The translations under genes were made by a program, and so were the position numbers. A stretch of 64,000 nt of DNA from Lytechinus pictus. Its lineage: Eukaryota. The DNA lies in NCBI RefSeq assembly GCF_037042905.1, contig NC_087245.1:21702001-21766000 (forward strand), given 5' to 3'. The notes beneath the pieces were generated by a model, which saw only the letters and a list, made by a program, of their open reading frames with translations, was not told where the DNA came from and made no database searches. Positions 13,687 to 28,200 of the stretch are shown here, piece by piece (positions within the stretch are counted from its first letter, which is position 1; the number at the start of each line of letters is the position of its first letter).

Positions 13687-13794
13687 CTCAGCAGTAACTT
13701 GAGCTATATGATAGAAGCTTCCTCTTGGTCTTTCTCTCTCAGGTAGAATAGTGAAGTATTAAATACCATCTTCTGCAAAAATAATATCCCCTCT
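13687..13794 (-). pseudogene. DPP4-like exon with premature stop
   Basis: RGDIIFAEDGI*YFTILPERERPRGSFYHIAQVTAE; TAA at 13759-13761; CAG and GTCAGT sites intact. Confidence 0.8.
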
Positions 13795-14568
13795 CTGCAA
13801 ACAAGAATAGAATATCAAATATCGACATCATGCAATGTGGTTATATACACAATTATATCCCATACTGAGAATTTGTTGCTATTTGATTGATCGAGAGCCC
13901 TTCTTGTGACTAATCATAATTTCACCAGAAAAATGAAATTCATCGGAGATCAAAATATTTTAGTTCATCGATATTATTGATGATTGATAGTGAAGTGATG
14001 ATTAGGGTCGATATAACTCTGGAACTCTGATCACACACCCTCTTGTGTTTCTGGCGCATCCAATGATAATAGAAAAATGTAACCCGGGTACCAATAGTTA
14101 ACAAATGTGTTTATTTTTTGCTTTAAAATAAATCCTTTTATCACTATTTTTTTTCCTTACAGGATTGAGGCAGATCAGATGCAGAGATGTCCGGGAATGT
14201 CAATAACTGACTAGTGGACAGATGACAAAATTATGTTGTTTGACTTCTGTTACGATTATAACAAGTTAGGCCAATTCCCGTGTAACAGTCTATTACCACC
14301 TCAAATTTAGGGGGGACCTGTCCCCCCGTCCCCGCTTCCGCAGCCTATGCCGCAGTTCTAAGTACATGTAGTTTCTGCAGCTCCAATGCTGCATTATGAG
14401 GAGTTTATTATGCCTATATCAGCTATACCAGTCGGGCACCTTCTATGATTGAGCCATTTTGCTCCATTATTTTTACACCGAACACAAATAACTTTCATGA
14501 GTGAGATCGCTTTATTAATTTTTTCAAGTATAGGGGTTCAATGTAAATGATAGCTACATTGTTTCTCC

Positions 14569-17500
14569 TTGAATTTTTCACGGCCACTGAGAATGTAGAA
14601 ATTTAATGACGACATTATGGAGTCATTGTGACCCATTAAGAGTTCATAATGAATCATTAATGTTTATATCATAAATGCTACTATAATTAAATAACATAAA
14701 TCCTTCTTGAGATTCAAAGTTTCTTTTTATCTTGATATCTTATATAGCTTACCATAAGGATTACGATAAACGAATGAACATGTTTGATATGTTTAATGTT
14801 ATTTAACTATTTAATATCTTTTGTATAAATTTGAATGCGATTTCCTATACAATTGAATTTGAATTTTGAATTTTTCACGGCCACTGAGAATGTAGAAATT
14901 TAATGACGACATTATGGAGTCATTGTGGCCCATTGAGAGTTCATAATGAATCATTAATTTTTATATCATAAATGTTACTATAATTAAATAACACAAATCC
15001 TTCTTGAGATTCAAAGTTTCTTTTTATCTTGATATCTTGTATAGCTTACCATAAGGATTACGATAAACGAATGAATATGTTTGATATGTTTAATGTTATT
15101 TAACTATTTAATATCTTTTGTATAAATTTGAATGCGATTTCCTATACAATTGAATTTGAATTTTGAATTTTTCACGGCCACTGAGAATGTAGAAATTTAA
15201 TGACGACGTTATGGAGTCATTGTGGCCCATTGAGAGTTCATAATGAATCATAAATTTTTATATCATAAATGTTACTATAATTAAATAACACAAATCCTTC
15301 TTGAGATTCAAAGTTTCTTTTTATCTTGATATCTTATATAGCTTACCATAAGGATTACGATAAACGAATGAACATGTTTGATATGTTTAATGTTATTTAA
15401 CTATTTAATATCTTTTGTATAAATTTGAATGCGATTTCCTATACCATTGAATTTGAATTTTGAATTTTTCACGGCCACTGAGAATGTAGAAATTTAATGA
15501 CGACATTATGGAGTCATTTTGGCCCATTGAGAGTTCATAATGAATCATAAATTTTTATATCATAAATGTTACTATAATTAAATAACACAAATCCTTCTTG
15601 AGATTCAAAGTTTCTTTTTATCTTGATATCTTATATAGCTTACCATAAGGATTACGATAAACGAATGAACATGTTTGATATGTTTAATGTTATTTAACTA
15701 TTTAATATCTTTTGTATAAATTTGAATGCGATTTCCTATACAATTGAATTTGAATTTTGAATTTTTCACGGCCACTGAGAATGTAGAAATTTAATGACGA
15801 CATTATGGAGTCATTTTGGCCCATTGAGAGTTCATAATGAATCATAAATTTTTATATCATAAATGTTACTATAATTAAATAACACAAATCCTTCTTGAGA
15901 TTCAAAGTTTCTTTTTATCTTGATATCTTATATAGCTTACCATAAGGATTACGATAAACGAATGAACATGTTTGATATGTTTAATGTTATTTAACTTTTT
16001 AATATCTTTTATATAAATTTGAATGCGATTTCCTATACAATTGAATTTGAATTTTGAATTTTTCACGGCCACTGAGAATGTAGAAATTTAATGACGACAT
16101 TATGGAGTCATTGTGACCCATTAAGAGTTCATGATGAATCATTAATGTTTATATCATAAATGCTACTATAATTAAATAACACAAATCCTTCTTGAGATTC
16201 AAAGTTTTTTTTATCTTGATATCTTATATAGCTTACCATAAGGATTACGATAAACGAATGAACATGTTTGATATGTTTAATGTTATTTAACTATTTAATA
16301 TCTTTTATATAAATTTGAATGCGATTTCCTATACAATCGAATTTGAATTTTGAATTTTTCACGGCCACTGAGAATGTAGAAATTTAATGACGACATTATG
16401 GAGTCATTGTGGCCCATTGAGAGTACATAATGAATCATTAATTTTTATATCATAAATGCTACTATAATTAAATAACATAAATCCTTCTTGAGATTCAAAG
16501 TTTCTTTTTATCTTGATATCTTGTATAGCTTACCATAATGATTACGATAAACGAATGAATATGTTTGATATGTTTAATGTTATTTAACTATTTAATATCT
16601 TTTGTATAAATTTGAATGCGATTTTCTATACAATTGAATTTGAATTTTGAATTTTCACGGCCACTGAGAATGTAGAAATTTAATGACGACATTATGGAGT
16701 CATTGTGGCCCATTGAGAGTTCATAATGAATCATTAATTTTTATATCATAAATGTTACTATAATTAAATAACACAAATCCTTCTTGAGATTCAAAGTTTC
16801 TTTTTATCTTGATATCTTGTATAGCTTACCATAAGGATTACGATAAACGAATGAATATGTTTGATATGTTTAATGTTATTTAACTATTTAATATCTTTTA
16901 TATACATTTGAATGCGATTTCCTATACAATCGAATTTGAATTTTGAATTTTTCACGGCAACTGAGAATGTAGAAATTTAATGACGACATTATGGAGTCAT
17001 TGTGGCCCATTGATAGTTCATAATGAATCATTAATTTTTATATCATAAATGTTACTATAATTAAATAACACAAATCCTTCTTGAGATTCAAAGTTTCTTT
17101 TTATCTTGATATCTTATATAGCTTACCATAAGGATTACGATAAACGAATGAACATGTTTGATATGTTTAATGGTATTTAACTATTTAATATCTTTTATAT
17201 AAATTTGAATGCGATTTCCTATACAATCGAATTTGAATTTTGAATTTTCACGGCCACTGAGAATGTAGAAATTTAATGACGACATTATAGAGTTCATAAT
17301 GAATCATTAATTTTTATATCATAAATGTTACTATAATTAAATAACACAAATCCTTCTTGAGATTCAAAGTTTCTTTTTATCTTGATATCTTATATAGCTT
17401 ACCATAAGGATTACGATAAACGAATGAACATGTTTGATATGTTTAATGGTATTTAACTATTTAATATCTTTTATATAAATTTGAATGCGATTTCCTATAC

Positions 17501-18668
17501 AATCGAATTTGAATTTTGAATTTTCACGGCCACTGAGAATGTAGAAATTTAATGACGACATTATAGAGTTCATAATGAATCATTAATTTTTATATCATAA
17601 ATGTTACTATAATTAAATAACACAAATCCTTCTTGAGATTCAAAGTTTCTTTTTATCTTGATATCTTGTATAGCTTACCATAAGGATTACGATAAACGAA
17701 TGAATATGTTTGATATGTTTAACGTTATTTAACTATTTAATATCTTTTGTATAAATTTGAATGCGATTTCCTATACAATTGAATTTGAATTTTGAATTTT
17801 TCACGGCCACTGAGAATGTAGAAATTTAATGACGACATTATGGAGTCATTTTGGCCCATTGAGAGTTCATAATGAATCATTAATTTTTATATCATAAATG
17901 TTACTATAATTAAATAACACAAATCCTTCTTGAGATTCAAAGTTTCTTTTTATCTTGATATCTTATATAGCTTACCATAAGGATTACGATAAACGAATGA
18001 ACAAGTTTGATATGTTTAATGTTATTTAACTATTTAATATCTTTTATATAAATTTGAATGCGATTTCCTATACAATCGAATTAGAATTTTGAATTTTTCA
18101 CGGCCACTGAGAATGTAGAAATTTAATGACGACATTATGGAGTCATTGTGGCCCATTGATAGTTCATAATGAATCATTAATTTTTATATCATAAATGTTA
18201 CTATAATTAAATAACACAAATCCTTCTTGAGATTCAAAGTTTCTTGTTATCTTGATATCTTATATAGCTTACCATAAGGATTACGATAAACGAATGAACA
18301 TGTTTGATATGTTTAATGGTATTTAACTATTTAATATCTTTTATATAAATTTGAATGCGATTTCCTATACAATCGAATTTGAATTTTGAATTTTTCACGG
18401 CCACTGAGAATGTAGAAATTTAATGACGACATTATGGAGTCATTGTGGCCCATTGATAGTTCATAATGAATCATTAATTTTTATATCATAAATGTTACTA
18501 TAATTAAATAACACAAATCCTTCTTGAGATTCAAAGTTTCTTTTTATCTTGATATCTTATATAGCTTACCATAAGGATTACGATAAATGAATGAACATGT
18601 TTGATATGTTTAATGTTATTTAACTATTAAATATCTTTTATATAAATAAAATGCGATTTCCTATACAT
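14569..18668. repeat. Tandem satellite, about 297-bp unit, about 14 copies
   Basis: CGGCCACTGAGAATG recurs at 14581, 14878, 15175, 15472 and onward; near-identical units; two adjacent units share a 20-bp deletion. Confidence 0.97.
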
Positions 18669-18718
18669 TTTTTTATTGCAATTGTACTTTTGCAGGCGTG
18701 AATGATAATGATTCTAAC

Positions 18719-18929
18719 CACTGGCGTACCTACGGGGGGCAGTCTGCCCCCCCCCCCTGACGAGCCACCATCCATGCAAAGGAGGACGTATCCCTGCCCC
18801 CCCTGACGAGCTTGAAAGACATTTTTTGCCCCCCCCCCTCTGACGAGCTTGAAGGCCTTTTTTTTGCTTGTCAAATTTTTTGCGGACGGTTTTGCCCCCC
18901 CCCTGTGGAAAATCCTAGGTACGCCACTG
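18719..18929. mobile_element. hAT-like MITE
   Basis: TIR CA(C/G)TGGCGTACCTA; exact 8-bp TSD ATTCTAAC. Confidence 0.88.
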
Positions 18930-19794
18930 ATTCTAACCGATTTATAAATGAATAATGTAAAAATCATACTAGCCAGAACTGTACAGTATTAATATATATA
19001 GTAATATATTCTGTATTAACAGGTTAAAGAGGAGTTCGCCCTGATAAAAAGTTTATTATTAAAATAGTAATAAAATATTGGTGAAGGTTTGGGAAAATCC
19101 ATCTAAGATTAGAAAAATTATAATGTTATTAGAATTCTAATGTTTTCATACATGACGTCATATACGCGCAGCTTTTCAATATATCTTGTGGTTAAAAAAA
19201 CGATAAAATATTTTATTCTTTTTTTACAATGAGTCGGCTGCTCGTATGTGATGTCACAAACCATAAACTTTAAATTCTAATATCTTTTGAAATATTTGGT
19301 CTATTTTCTACAAACCTTCACGGATATTTTTTCTGGTATATTCACAGCAAATTTTTCTTGAGTGCGAATTCCCCAATAAGTCATATTGAAAGACGAGTAT
19401 ATATCGTGATGACAAAATTATTGTTTTTAAAATAAAGAAAATGTAAAAAGAGTCTATGATGCTGGCATAAATGTTGAAAAGTTAGTAGTACTGATGATAA
19501 TGACAATATAGCATAACAGTCACGTACAGAATTAGTAAGTTTCGATGTTGAAAATAATTGATTTCAGAGAGTGAAGACGATGAGGAATAAGCAGTTTTGA
19601 TAAATGAATGGAGGCTGACTCAGAGATATAGAATGATGAGGTGTCTATTGTCATGTGTGAAGGTATTTTTAAATAAATCAATTTTCAAAATTTTAAGATG
19701 ACAAGAGACATCGTTATGTAATTGTGGAACTAGAAGTAGACATTGAGAGACTTTCAGGAAGATTATAATCTTCAGGATGAAATAATGGAAGTAC

Positions 19795-20546
19795 AGGTTT
19801 ATGAAAGGGGTATATTACCCCTTTCATAAACCTATCCTCCAATTAGCCGCCTAAGAGTAATGCGGATAATTCAATAAAAATTGCGTTCACAAACTCCGAA
19901 AATAAGCCGCATTATTTTTACGAGCGCCGGCGTCCTGAAAAAGGCGGATAATCGTCATGACAACTGCACACGCCCCCTCCGATGCGGTTGTGTTGCAAAA
20001 GGGTGACCTTGTGACCGCACCATGGCAATTATCCGCATTATTTGGAAATGCGTTCATAAATTCAAAATCTTGTCCCGATGCTGCTATTATGCGGATAATA
20101 GCAGCATCAAAATAATGCGGATAACTCTGGTCCTCCTCCAATTTTACGACCAAATTATGCTGCTATTATACCCCTTTCATAAACCTATCCTCCAATTAGC
20201 CGCCTAAGAGTAATGCGGATAATTCAATAAATATTGCGTTCACAAACTCCGAAAATTATCCGCATTATCTTTACGAGCGCCCGGCCTGAAAAAGGCGGAT
20301 AATCGTCATGACAACTGCACACGCCCCCTCCGATGCGGTTGTGTTGGAAAAGGGTGACCTTGTGACCGCACCATGGCAATTATCCGCATTATTTGGAAAT
20401 GCGTTCATAAAGTCAAAATCTTGTCCCGATGCTGCTATTATGCGGATAATTGCAGCATCAAACATGCGGATAACTCTGGTCCTCCTCCAATTTTACGACC
20501 AAATTATGCTGCTATTAGCCGCATAATTGGGTTTATGAAAGGGATA
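19795..20546. mobile_element. Tandemly duplicated MITE (353-bp period), TIR TACCCCTTTCATAAAC
   Basis: Units start at 19816 and 20169; right TIR at 20531-20546; extra inverted TIR at 19795-19812; internal GCGGATAAT/ATTATCCGC subrepeats. Confidence 0.8.
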
Positions 20547-20569
20547 GAGAGAAAAAAAATAATCGTTAA

Positions 20570-21135
20570 AGGACAAGTCCACCCCAACAAAAAGCTGATT
20601 TGAATAGAAAGAGAAAAATAAAACAAGCATAACACTGCAAATTTCATCAAAATTGGATTAAAGTTTCGCTTAATTTCACAAAACAGTTAATGCTCATCCT
20701 GTTCGGTATGCAAATGAGGGAACCGATGACATCACCCAATCACTATTTCTTTTGTATTTTATTATATGAAATATTTTTATTTTCTCGTAACTGTCATGTG
20801 AAACAAAGTTTCATTCCTCCCTGAACACATGGAATTCCATTATTTTAACATTTTGTGCTTCACACAAAAGGGTCCTAATTGTCAAATTCGTAAAAATTGA
20901 AATATTGTATAATTCAAACAATAAAAAACAGAAGAAATAGTGAGTGACATCATCGACTCTCTCATTTGCATATCACTGAGTTGAGCATAGAACTGTTTTG
21001 TGAAAAATAAGCGGAACTTTAAAATGTCATAACTTTATTATTTTACATCTGATTTTGCTGAAGTTTTCAGCGTTTTTCATGTTTGATTTTTCTCTATTTA
21101 TTTAAATCAACTTTTTTCTGGGGTGGACTTGACAT
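20570..21135. mobile_element. Kolobok-like MITE (TTAA TSD)
   Basis: TTAA|AGGACAAGTCCACCCC...GGGGTGGACTTGACAT|TTAA; related to 38729-39328 and about 27345-27920. Confidence 0.8.
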
Positions 21136-22022
21136 TTAAGAGTACAGTGATATGTCTGCGGAAAATAGTGAAGCACAATTAAAGAGAAGAGTGACCAAAA
21201 ATAATTTTTTAAAAATAACGTTGATTTACGGGAGAGATAGGAGGGAAAGAGAGATGGTAGAGTGAGCAAGAAAGAAAGAGAGAGAGAGACAGATGGGAGA
21301 TGGATAGAAGACAGTCATACACTGTTTGAAAAAACAGAAGATTTTACAGAAGAACAATTAAAAAACAGATTTTACAGAAAGAAATTACCATATTATTCTG
21401 TCAATTTTGATAACAGGAAAGATTTCTACATTTTTTTTTTTACAATTTTACAGAACAGGTCTGTTATAAAAAAGGGGAGAAAAGTTTTATCACAATAAAT
21501 TTGTGAGGCTACATAAACCAAATACCAATTCCCTGTCATTTTACACAAATGCATGTAAGATTACACAGTGCAGTAAGATTACACAGCATAGGCGGATCCA
21601 GGGGGGCCGAGGGGCCCGGGCCTCCCCCCCCCTAACATAAGAGGACGAAGACGATTGAATGAAATAAGATGAGGGGAAAACTTTGAAAATAATCTTTAAA
21701 AAATCTTTCATGTCCCTATATAACAATGTATGGATACTGGGAGATCAGAGAATATCGAAATATTTTACAACCAACCACCCTATATTATTTTCGTCATTCG
21801 TCGATCCCCTTCCGAATTTCGCAATGATTCTTTGTTTGCATTGTTTGTGGTTTTGACTGCTCGCTATAATGATATTAGATAAATCACAATACCCTATGAA
21901 AAGGAACAACTAGTCGCATCGTTATTAGCTTCTGACCCAAAATGTTATCCGAGACGCCTCGGTTAACTGTCACACCCATATGAGACAAGGGCTTCTTCAT
22001 CAACAGATGGTTTTAATGATAT

Positions 22023-22203
22023 ATGATTAGAAAGGTGGGCATGGAAGAATCGATGGATACTTCAAGGTTGGGCACGTCAGAAGCTCATCTCGAACAGTTC
22101 GCCAAGGCCAAGAGACAGCAACGATTAATCTATGATGATACCGGTCATCTCATTACGAGAATAAAAGCCGAGCTGGAAGAATTGAAACCCGAACATGACG
22201 TAG
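22023..22203 (+). CDS. Mitofusin-like exon 1
   Basis: First in-frame ATG after TGA at 22017 (alternative ATG 22041). HLEQFAKAKRQQRLIY resembles mitofusin PLKHFVTAKKKINGIF. Donor G|GTGAGC, phase 1. Confidence 0.8.
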
Positions 22204-25200
22204 GTGAGCATTGTACATTCGCTGCTCGACCATCCTGGTAACAGTCAGTCGAATTATCAAAATTATGATTGCTTTGCTCAGTACACAAATCGTTGCCCTT
22301 TTTCATTATAAACAATTACCTATAAGTTTTATTCTGCCATTATACATTATACTTATTACTTGTTCCTGATTTGAAGACAAGGCCCAGATTATATTTTTTT
22401 ATGAATACATTTTATAGAACCACAAAAATAAACCTTTCCAGAACATAATTCAAGAAAAGCAAGTGAGGTCTTAAGATGTCTTTGTGAATCCTATATATCA
22501 CAGGGTCCGGTGGAACCAGGGGAGGGGGGGGGTCACATACCCCCCACTTTTTTCAATAAACGTGCATGGTCAGCCCCAAACAATTTTCGCTCAGCCCCCT
22601 CCACTTTCAAGCAATATACATTATAAAAGGAAATATACCAAAATATCTTTATCAATAGGCCTACACACATTCCTTTATTTATCATCGATATTTCATTTTT
22701 AATGTATTGAAATTTCATTTAATAGCGATTTTTGTTCCGAACCCTGCCATTGAATATTCGATTTATCATGAGGCCTTTATCGTTCAATCACTTTTTTTTT
22801 CAAATTATCGATATTGCTTTAAGTTGTTTAAGTATCTTTACATCATTGTATTTGAATATGCTTTATATTTTCATCACATTTTTATATCATTGTATTTGAA
22901 TATTCAGTGTTATATGAACACTTCCTATGTTATCAATGCCTTTACTAATGAAGATTCTTGGGCGAAGAGTCCCGACAATGATGTGGTACAGGCCTTATAT
23001 TATTGATCAAAGTCCCGTATCGAAATGAAATAAGAACAAACAAAAAATGTTCTCCCTTGAGGAAAACCTGTAGATGATTTACATGGCTTTAAAAATGAGT
23101 TAGGAGGCGGGCATGTTATATTGCCTACGTCAGTTTTTTGGGGGGATTCCCCGTGGGCTGATTGATTGCGAAATGCGCAGTGAATAGAGACCATATACCA
23201 CTACCATGGAGCTATCAACAAATATCAACAAATTAGCTCAATGCCACGTAGTCATGGTAGTGGCATATTATACAGTGCGTATAAATAAAAAGTTAACACT
23301 TTGAAAAAGTCATAGGAATGGAATAATAGACAATATGGGGATAAATTTTTCACATATATTCTTGGATCCATTTTTTTAAAGCTCGCAGAAATAGGTATGC
23401 GCAGAATAAATGCTCATTTCCACGCTGTGTCAAGGAAAAAAGGCGCAAATAAACTGACCGTGTGGGACATTTTTCATACATTTCTTTTGCATTTTTAGCG
23501 AATTTGAATAAAATCAGATACATTTAAATATTTTTGTAACAACTTTGCCACCCAAAACATCTTAACCCCTGGTAAGCAGAATCTGTTTCCATTTTGTGCC
23601 AGCTGGACACAACTGAATGTAAACAAAAGTTTATTTCTAACATCTGTATTCTTTCACTTAGTTTTTATCACCTAAAGTGGGACTATATTTCATGTTTCAT
23701 GCAATACTTGTTTCTCCACACTTTTCCCAAGCTCGACAATAATTAACAAAATTGAAATCAAGCTTGAACCATTTTTAATCACAGCTCCGTGTAAAGCAAA
23801 TATCATCACGATGGCCTCGGCGTGTGTGTGTGTGGGGGGGGGGGGGGGGCGTAATGGCGCTCTATGAAGTGTTTTGAGCTAGAAAACAAGCTAAATAGGT
23901 AAAATATATCTTCAAATCATAGACCCTACTTTAAATCAATAATCCTAGCTAATGTCCATGTGCTCTTCCTGATTAACGTCTACTTTTATTCACATAACTA
24001 TTTCTAAATTCTGCGCAAATCATTTTTCATGAATTTTTCAAAAGCAAGTGGTGCTCATTCAAGCGGAACGATTTTTTGACAGTTATATCGTCATTTGCTT
24101 AAAGAGATCTGTACCAATGTTTAAATGTGGAAAAAGTTTCAGGATATTATACAAATACGCACTGTAGTTCAGTGATCTAGACAAATCACATGCAAAACCC
24201 TGGCGAATCTAATAACTGTTCTGTACATTCATTTCATTCAGTGGAACTGATGAAAGAACATAATCATGCTGGCCCAGTGACGTAGAGGTGGGGCCGTGGG
24301 GGAGCTTGGGGCACTCCCCCCCCCCCCCCATTTTACACAATCAAGGATAAAAAGGGAAATAGGAATTCAAAGAAAAGAACAATTAGAAGGTTGAAATTTT
24401 TTTTGAATATTATTTAAAAATCTATTGCAAATTGTATATTTGTAATCAAATTGTAGAAAATTTTGCTTGCATGCTTCGCTCGCCCGCAAAATTTTGATAC
24501 CTGATACGCCATATCTAGCCCCCTCAAAATTTCATTACGCCACTATGCTGGCCTGTATTAATTCCTTGTGATGGTGAGCATTTACACTCGCCCCTGTCAT
24601 TATTATTATTTTTTAATCTATTCATTGCTGTTAGTTCCCTCTCAGTCCAATTGTAGCCCCTCATTTGGCGTAATAGGAAGGATTTTTTTTTTGTATTTTT
24701 ATTTGTTTGTATACTGCAGCGTGATTCATGGCGTCTTTTGATTATGGTTGCTCAGTCAACAGAGATTTTGATTCAGTTTTTGAGATGTATATTATTTAAG
24801 CGCTGTGCAGCTATCGTGACTGCAAATATCTCTACATAAATCATTATCGCGTGCATATTGGCCACTCATCGCATGTCCTTTTTCTTACAACCTTAGGATT
24901 TCACATTCCCATGATGGGTTTCATTCAGTTAATATAATGGGTACAGGCAGGAGGTAATTCATCAAAAAGCTGTGCGCAACTTAGCCCGGAATGATATAGG
25001 AGCGCCTTGAGCACCCATCAAGGTGGATATGTACGCTATACAAATCCTATATAATATCATTATTACTATTATAATATCACCATTATTGTGAACATGGTTT
25101 GTATTGGTCAGCCATTAATGAATTCGAAATGAAATTCATCACAACACATTCGAATACAGTTTAGTACATCTTGTTTGACATAATTACATCATCGGGAATT

Positions 25201-28200
25201 CCCCCAACCCGGTGCATATATTGCGTGTCAGTGGTGTGGGGATCCCCGTCTTTCCCGAACACATATACCCATCGTGCATATCAGTAGGCTATTAACCATC
25301 ACAGGTGCCTACGTGGAAGGGCATAAATATCAATAACTGCAAATACGTAGGAGTTCTACGTCATAAAAAGGGATTCCCCAAGTGCAGTTCCACTAAAAGT
25401 GTTATCTTAAGAAGCAATGCATGTCAAACAAGTTGTATTACACTGCATTCGCGTGTGTTGTGATGAATTTCATATCGATATACTGTAATTAATGGCTAAC
25501 CAATACAAACCATGATGACAATAATGGTGATATTATATCAACTGCATGAAACCAATCACATGAAATCATGAAGTTGTAAAAAAAGGGCATTGATAAGTGT
25601 TCCATAATAAGAGAAGACGTAGCTGGTTTTACCAATGGGGTTCGTGATTTTACACTCCTTTCATCACATGCTATTTTTTTTATACAACTGCAACAATAAC
25701 AACAGTACATCAACATCAAAAATTCATCAAATTATGTACATCATTTATTTCAATTCCATTCGGAAATGTTATAACAAGCTAAAAACATGTTTAAGAATGA
25801 ATAAAACACTTTTTTATTCTCACATTCTTGAAACCAAGTGTACAGACCAGCGCTAATCCATTTACCACAATGGCCTGTATTCTGAAGCAATGTTTAAAAT
25901 TAAACTCTGGTGTAAAATCTTGGTTTACCTCCTGGATAGCGAATTCTGACAAATAACTTTAAAATCACAGGTTCAGTTTATCAGTTGATATATCGCTTAC
26001 ATCATTCACAACTGTCATGACCGTATGGGATTGATGATTGAAACAGTTTTCTTCGCCCAACCACAGGGAATATTTGAAATTTTTAGCTTGCCATAATTTT
26101 AGCACAGAGTTAAACCATGGCCTGAGACTTGACTCCAACATACGGGCCAAATGCGATTACTTGGGGAAAGAACTTTCCTCTTGCCACATTGGCAGCGACC
26201 CCATGGAGCGGGTGGGGTAAAGAGTCGTGCACAAACTATGATGTTTTGGGGAAGTCATCCACACATTTTCTGGAGACAGAAATAACCGTATAATAATTTT
26301 TAAAAGATTAATGGATGCTACAGTATCTGCAGTACCATGATCATGATGGAAATGTGGGCATTTATCTCCCAAATCTTCAAAGCGAGAACCTTTGCCCCGC
26401 CCATAGAAAATTTGAAGAGTGACATATCATTTTTTTGGAAAGGTCATCGTAGCATTGGAAGTTTATGGATCTACCGTAGTTCATGAAACTTGGACATAGG
26501 GGTAACCAAGTAATACTGATCGTCTTGTATGTAGGGCCAGCTCACACGATTAAGGTCAAAGGTCATCTAGGGTCAATGACCTTTGATTATGTGGGGTATC
26601 AATCTGAAAGTATATGAACTTATTTCCAGTGGCGTAATTAGTCAAACAATTTAAGGAGGCTAGATATGGTGTATTGGGCAAAATCTGATTAAAAATTGCA
26701 AACGAGCGAAGTGAGCGAGCAAACAAAAATACATTTCATTACAAATATCAAAGTTTGTGATAGACTTTGACATAATATTCAGGAAATGATATCATTTTTC
26801 ACACTTCTCCCTTTTTTTCATTACTTGTCTCTTTTTTTTCTTGGTCGTGAAAAAGTGGGGGAGGGGGGCAAGACCTCCATCTGTACTCAACTGACCATTT
26901 CAACAGAATGACAACCAAGGATCGCTTATCATTCTGCAAGAGTTTCAGTTCATATGATCAAAGTCAAAGGTCATTCAGGGTCAATGAACTAAGTATTTTG
27001 TTATCATATGAATGTGTTTTTGTAAATATCTATCAATTTTAGTTATTTTCCAAGTCAGCACTGTTGCAATATTGAACTGCGAAATGCAGGTGGCACCGCC
27101 AGAGGCGTCCCCTTGTTATTTCTATTTTTCACAAAAAAAATTTCCTGCCATCACTGCAGTACCGACAATCCGATCAATTATTCATACAAAAAGATATGTT
27201 TTAGCATAATGATTGGGGTATTTTTGTACATCGTGATTTCTGGATGCGAAGAACTTTTTATGAAAATAATTTGTTTTTGCAGCACTGGCCATGAACAATT
27301 ACCAGCCCTTGGTCACTGTTACTCAAATAGCCTAATTTTAATATTAAAGAACAACACACCCCCCCCAAAAAAAAAAGTGGGTTTAAATAAATATATAGAG
27401 AAAAATAAAAAAATGCAGAACGGTGAAAATTTCATCAGAATCGGATGTAAAGTAAGAAAGTTTAAAAAAAAAATAATGTTTCGCTTCGCATGGGTGATAT
27501 GCAAATGATTTAGTCGATGGTGTCATACACTCACAATTTATTTTGTATCTTATCATACGAAATATAGAACATTTCAATTTTGCACAATAAAGAACCATCT
27601 TCATCGATGCAACAATGGTAATCTCTCTTATTTAACCCTTTGCAATCAAATCAAATCAAACCCTTGTACACATTATGAGAGGAGTACAGTATTAAGATAT
27701 TTTATATTCCGTTTAAAAAGTATGCAAAAGATTTAGTTAGTGGGCGGGTGACATCCTCAGATCCCTCATTTGATTATCGATCAGGATTTGCATATAACTG
27801 TTTTGAGAAAATTAAATGTATCATAACTGTTTTATCTTACATCTCATATTGATTTTCAGCATTATGCTCGATTGCTTAGTCTCTATTCAGTCAAGTCAAC
27901 TTTTTGTTGGGGTGGACTTGCTATCGTTTATCAATCACAATATCTGCAGGTACCAGATATGAATATATTCGTAGTTACTGCAAATCAAATGGAAAGGTCG
28001 TTGAATGATTGTAAATTATGGTTTAAAAAGAATAAAAGCAGCGGACCTAAAAACCAATCATTTGAGGTATTCATGTTTCACGTTTTCAAATCAAACTTAT
28101 TTAAAGATAGTTAACTGATTACTGTCAAACCCATTCCAATAATAGTCAATGAATTTCATTGTGATATAGTTGTTAAAACGTGCATAAATTCACTTTGCAG

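Larger units (their letters stand above)
7120..13794 (-). pseudogene. Dipeptidyl peptidase 4/FAP-like (peptidase S9B) unprocessed pseudogene fragment, 8 exons
   Basis: Exons 13794-13687, 11472-11332, 10894-10677, 10138-9992, 8710-about 8545, 8041-7984, 7654-7561, 7184-7120. They give [80 protein letters not shown]. Lesions: in-frame TAA, two frameshifts, an exon phase clash, a lost acceptor and a truncated exon. Confidence 0.9.

Noticed and set aside
13900..14270. Further DPP exons, or a plus-strand exon after the acceptor-like site at 14162
   Set aside because: All frames examined stop quickly and show no recognisable motif.
14569..18668. Regular array as a CRISPR locus
   Set aside because: Whole units are near-identical with no unique spacers, there are no cas genes, and the context is eukaryotic.
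19887..20603. Paired ORFs (FDAAIIRIIAASGQDF...) as duplicated genes
   Set aside because: They are translations of a tandemly duplicated MITE, with no splice or domain support.
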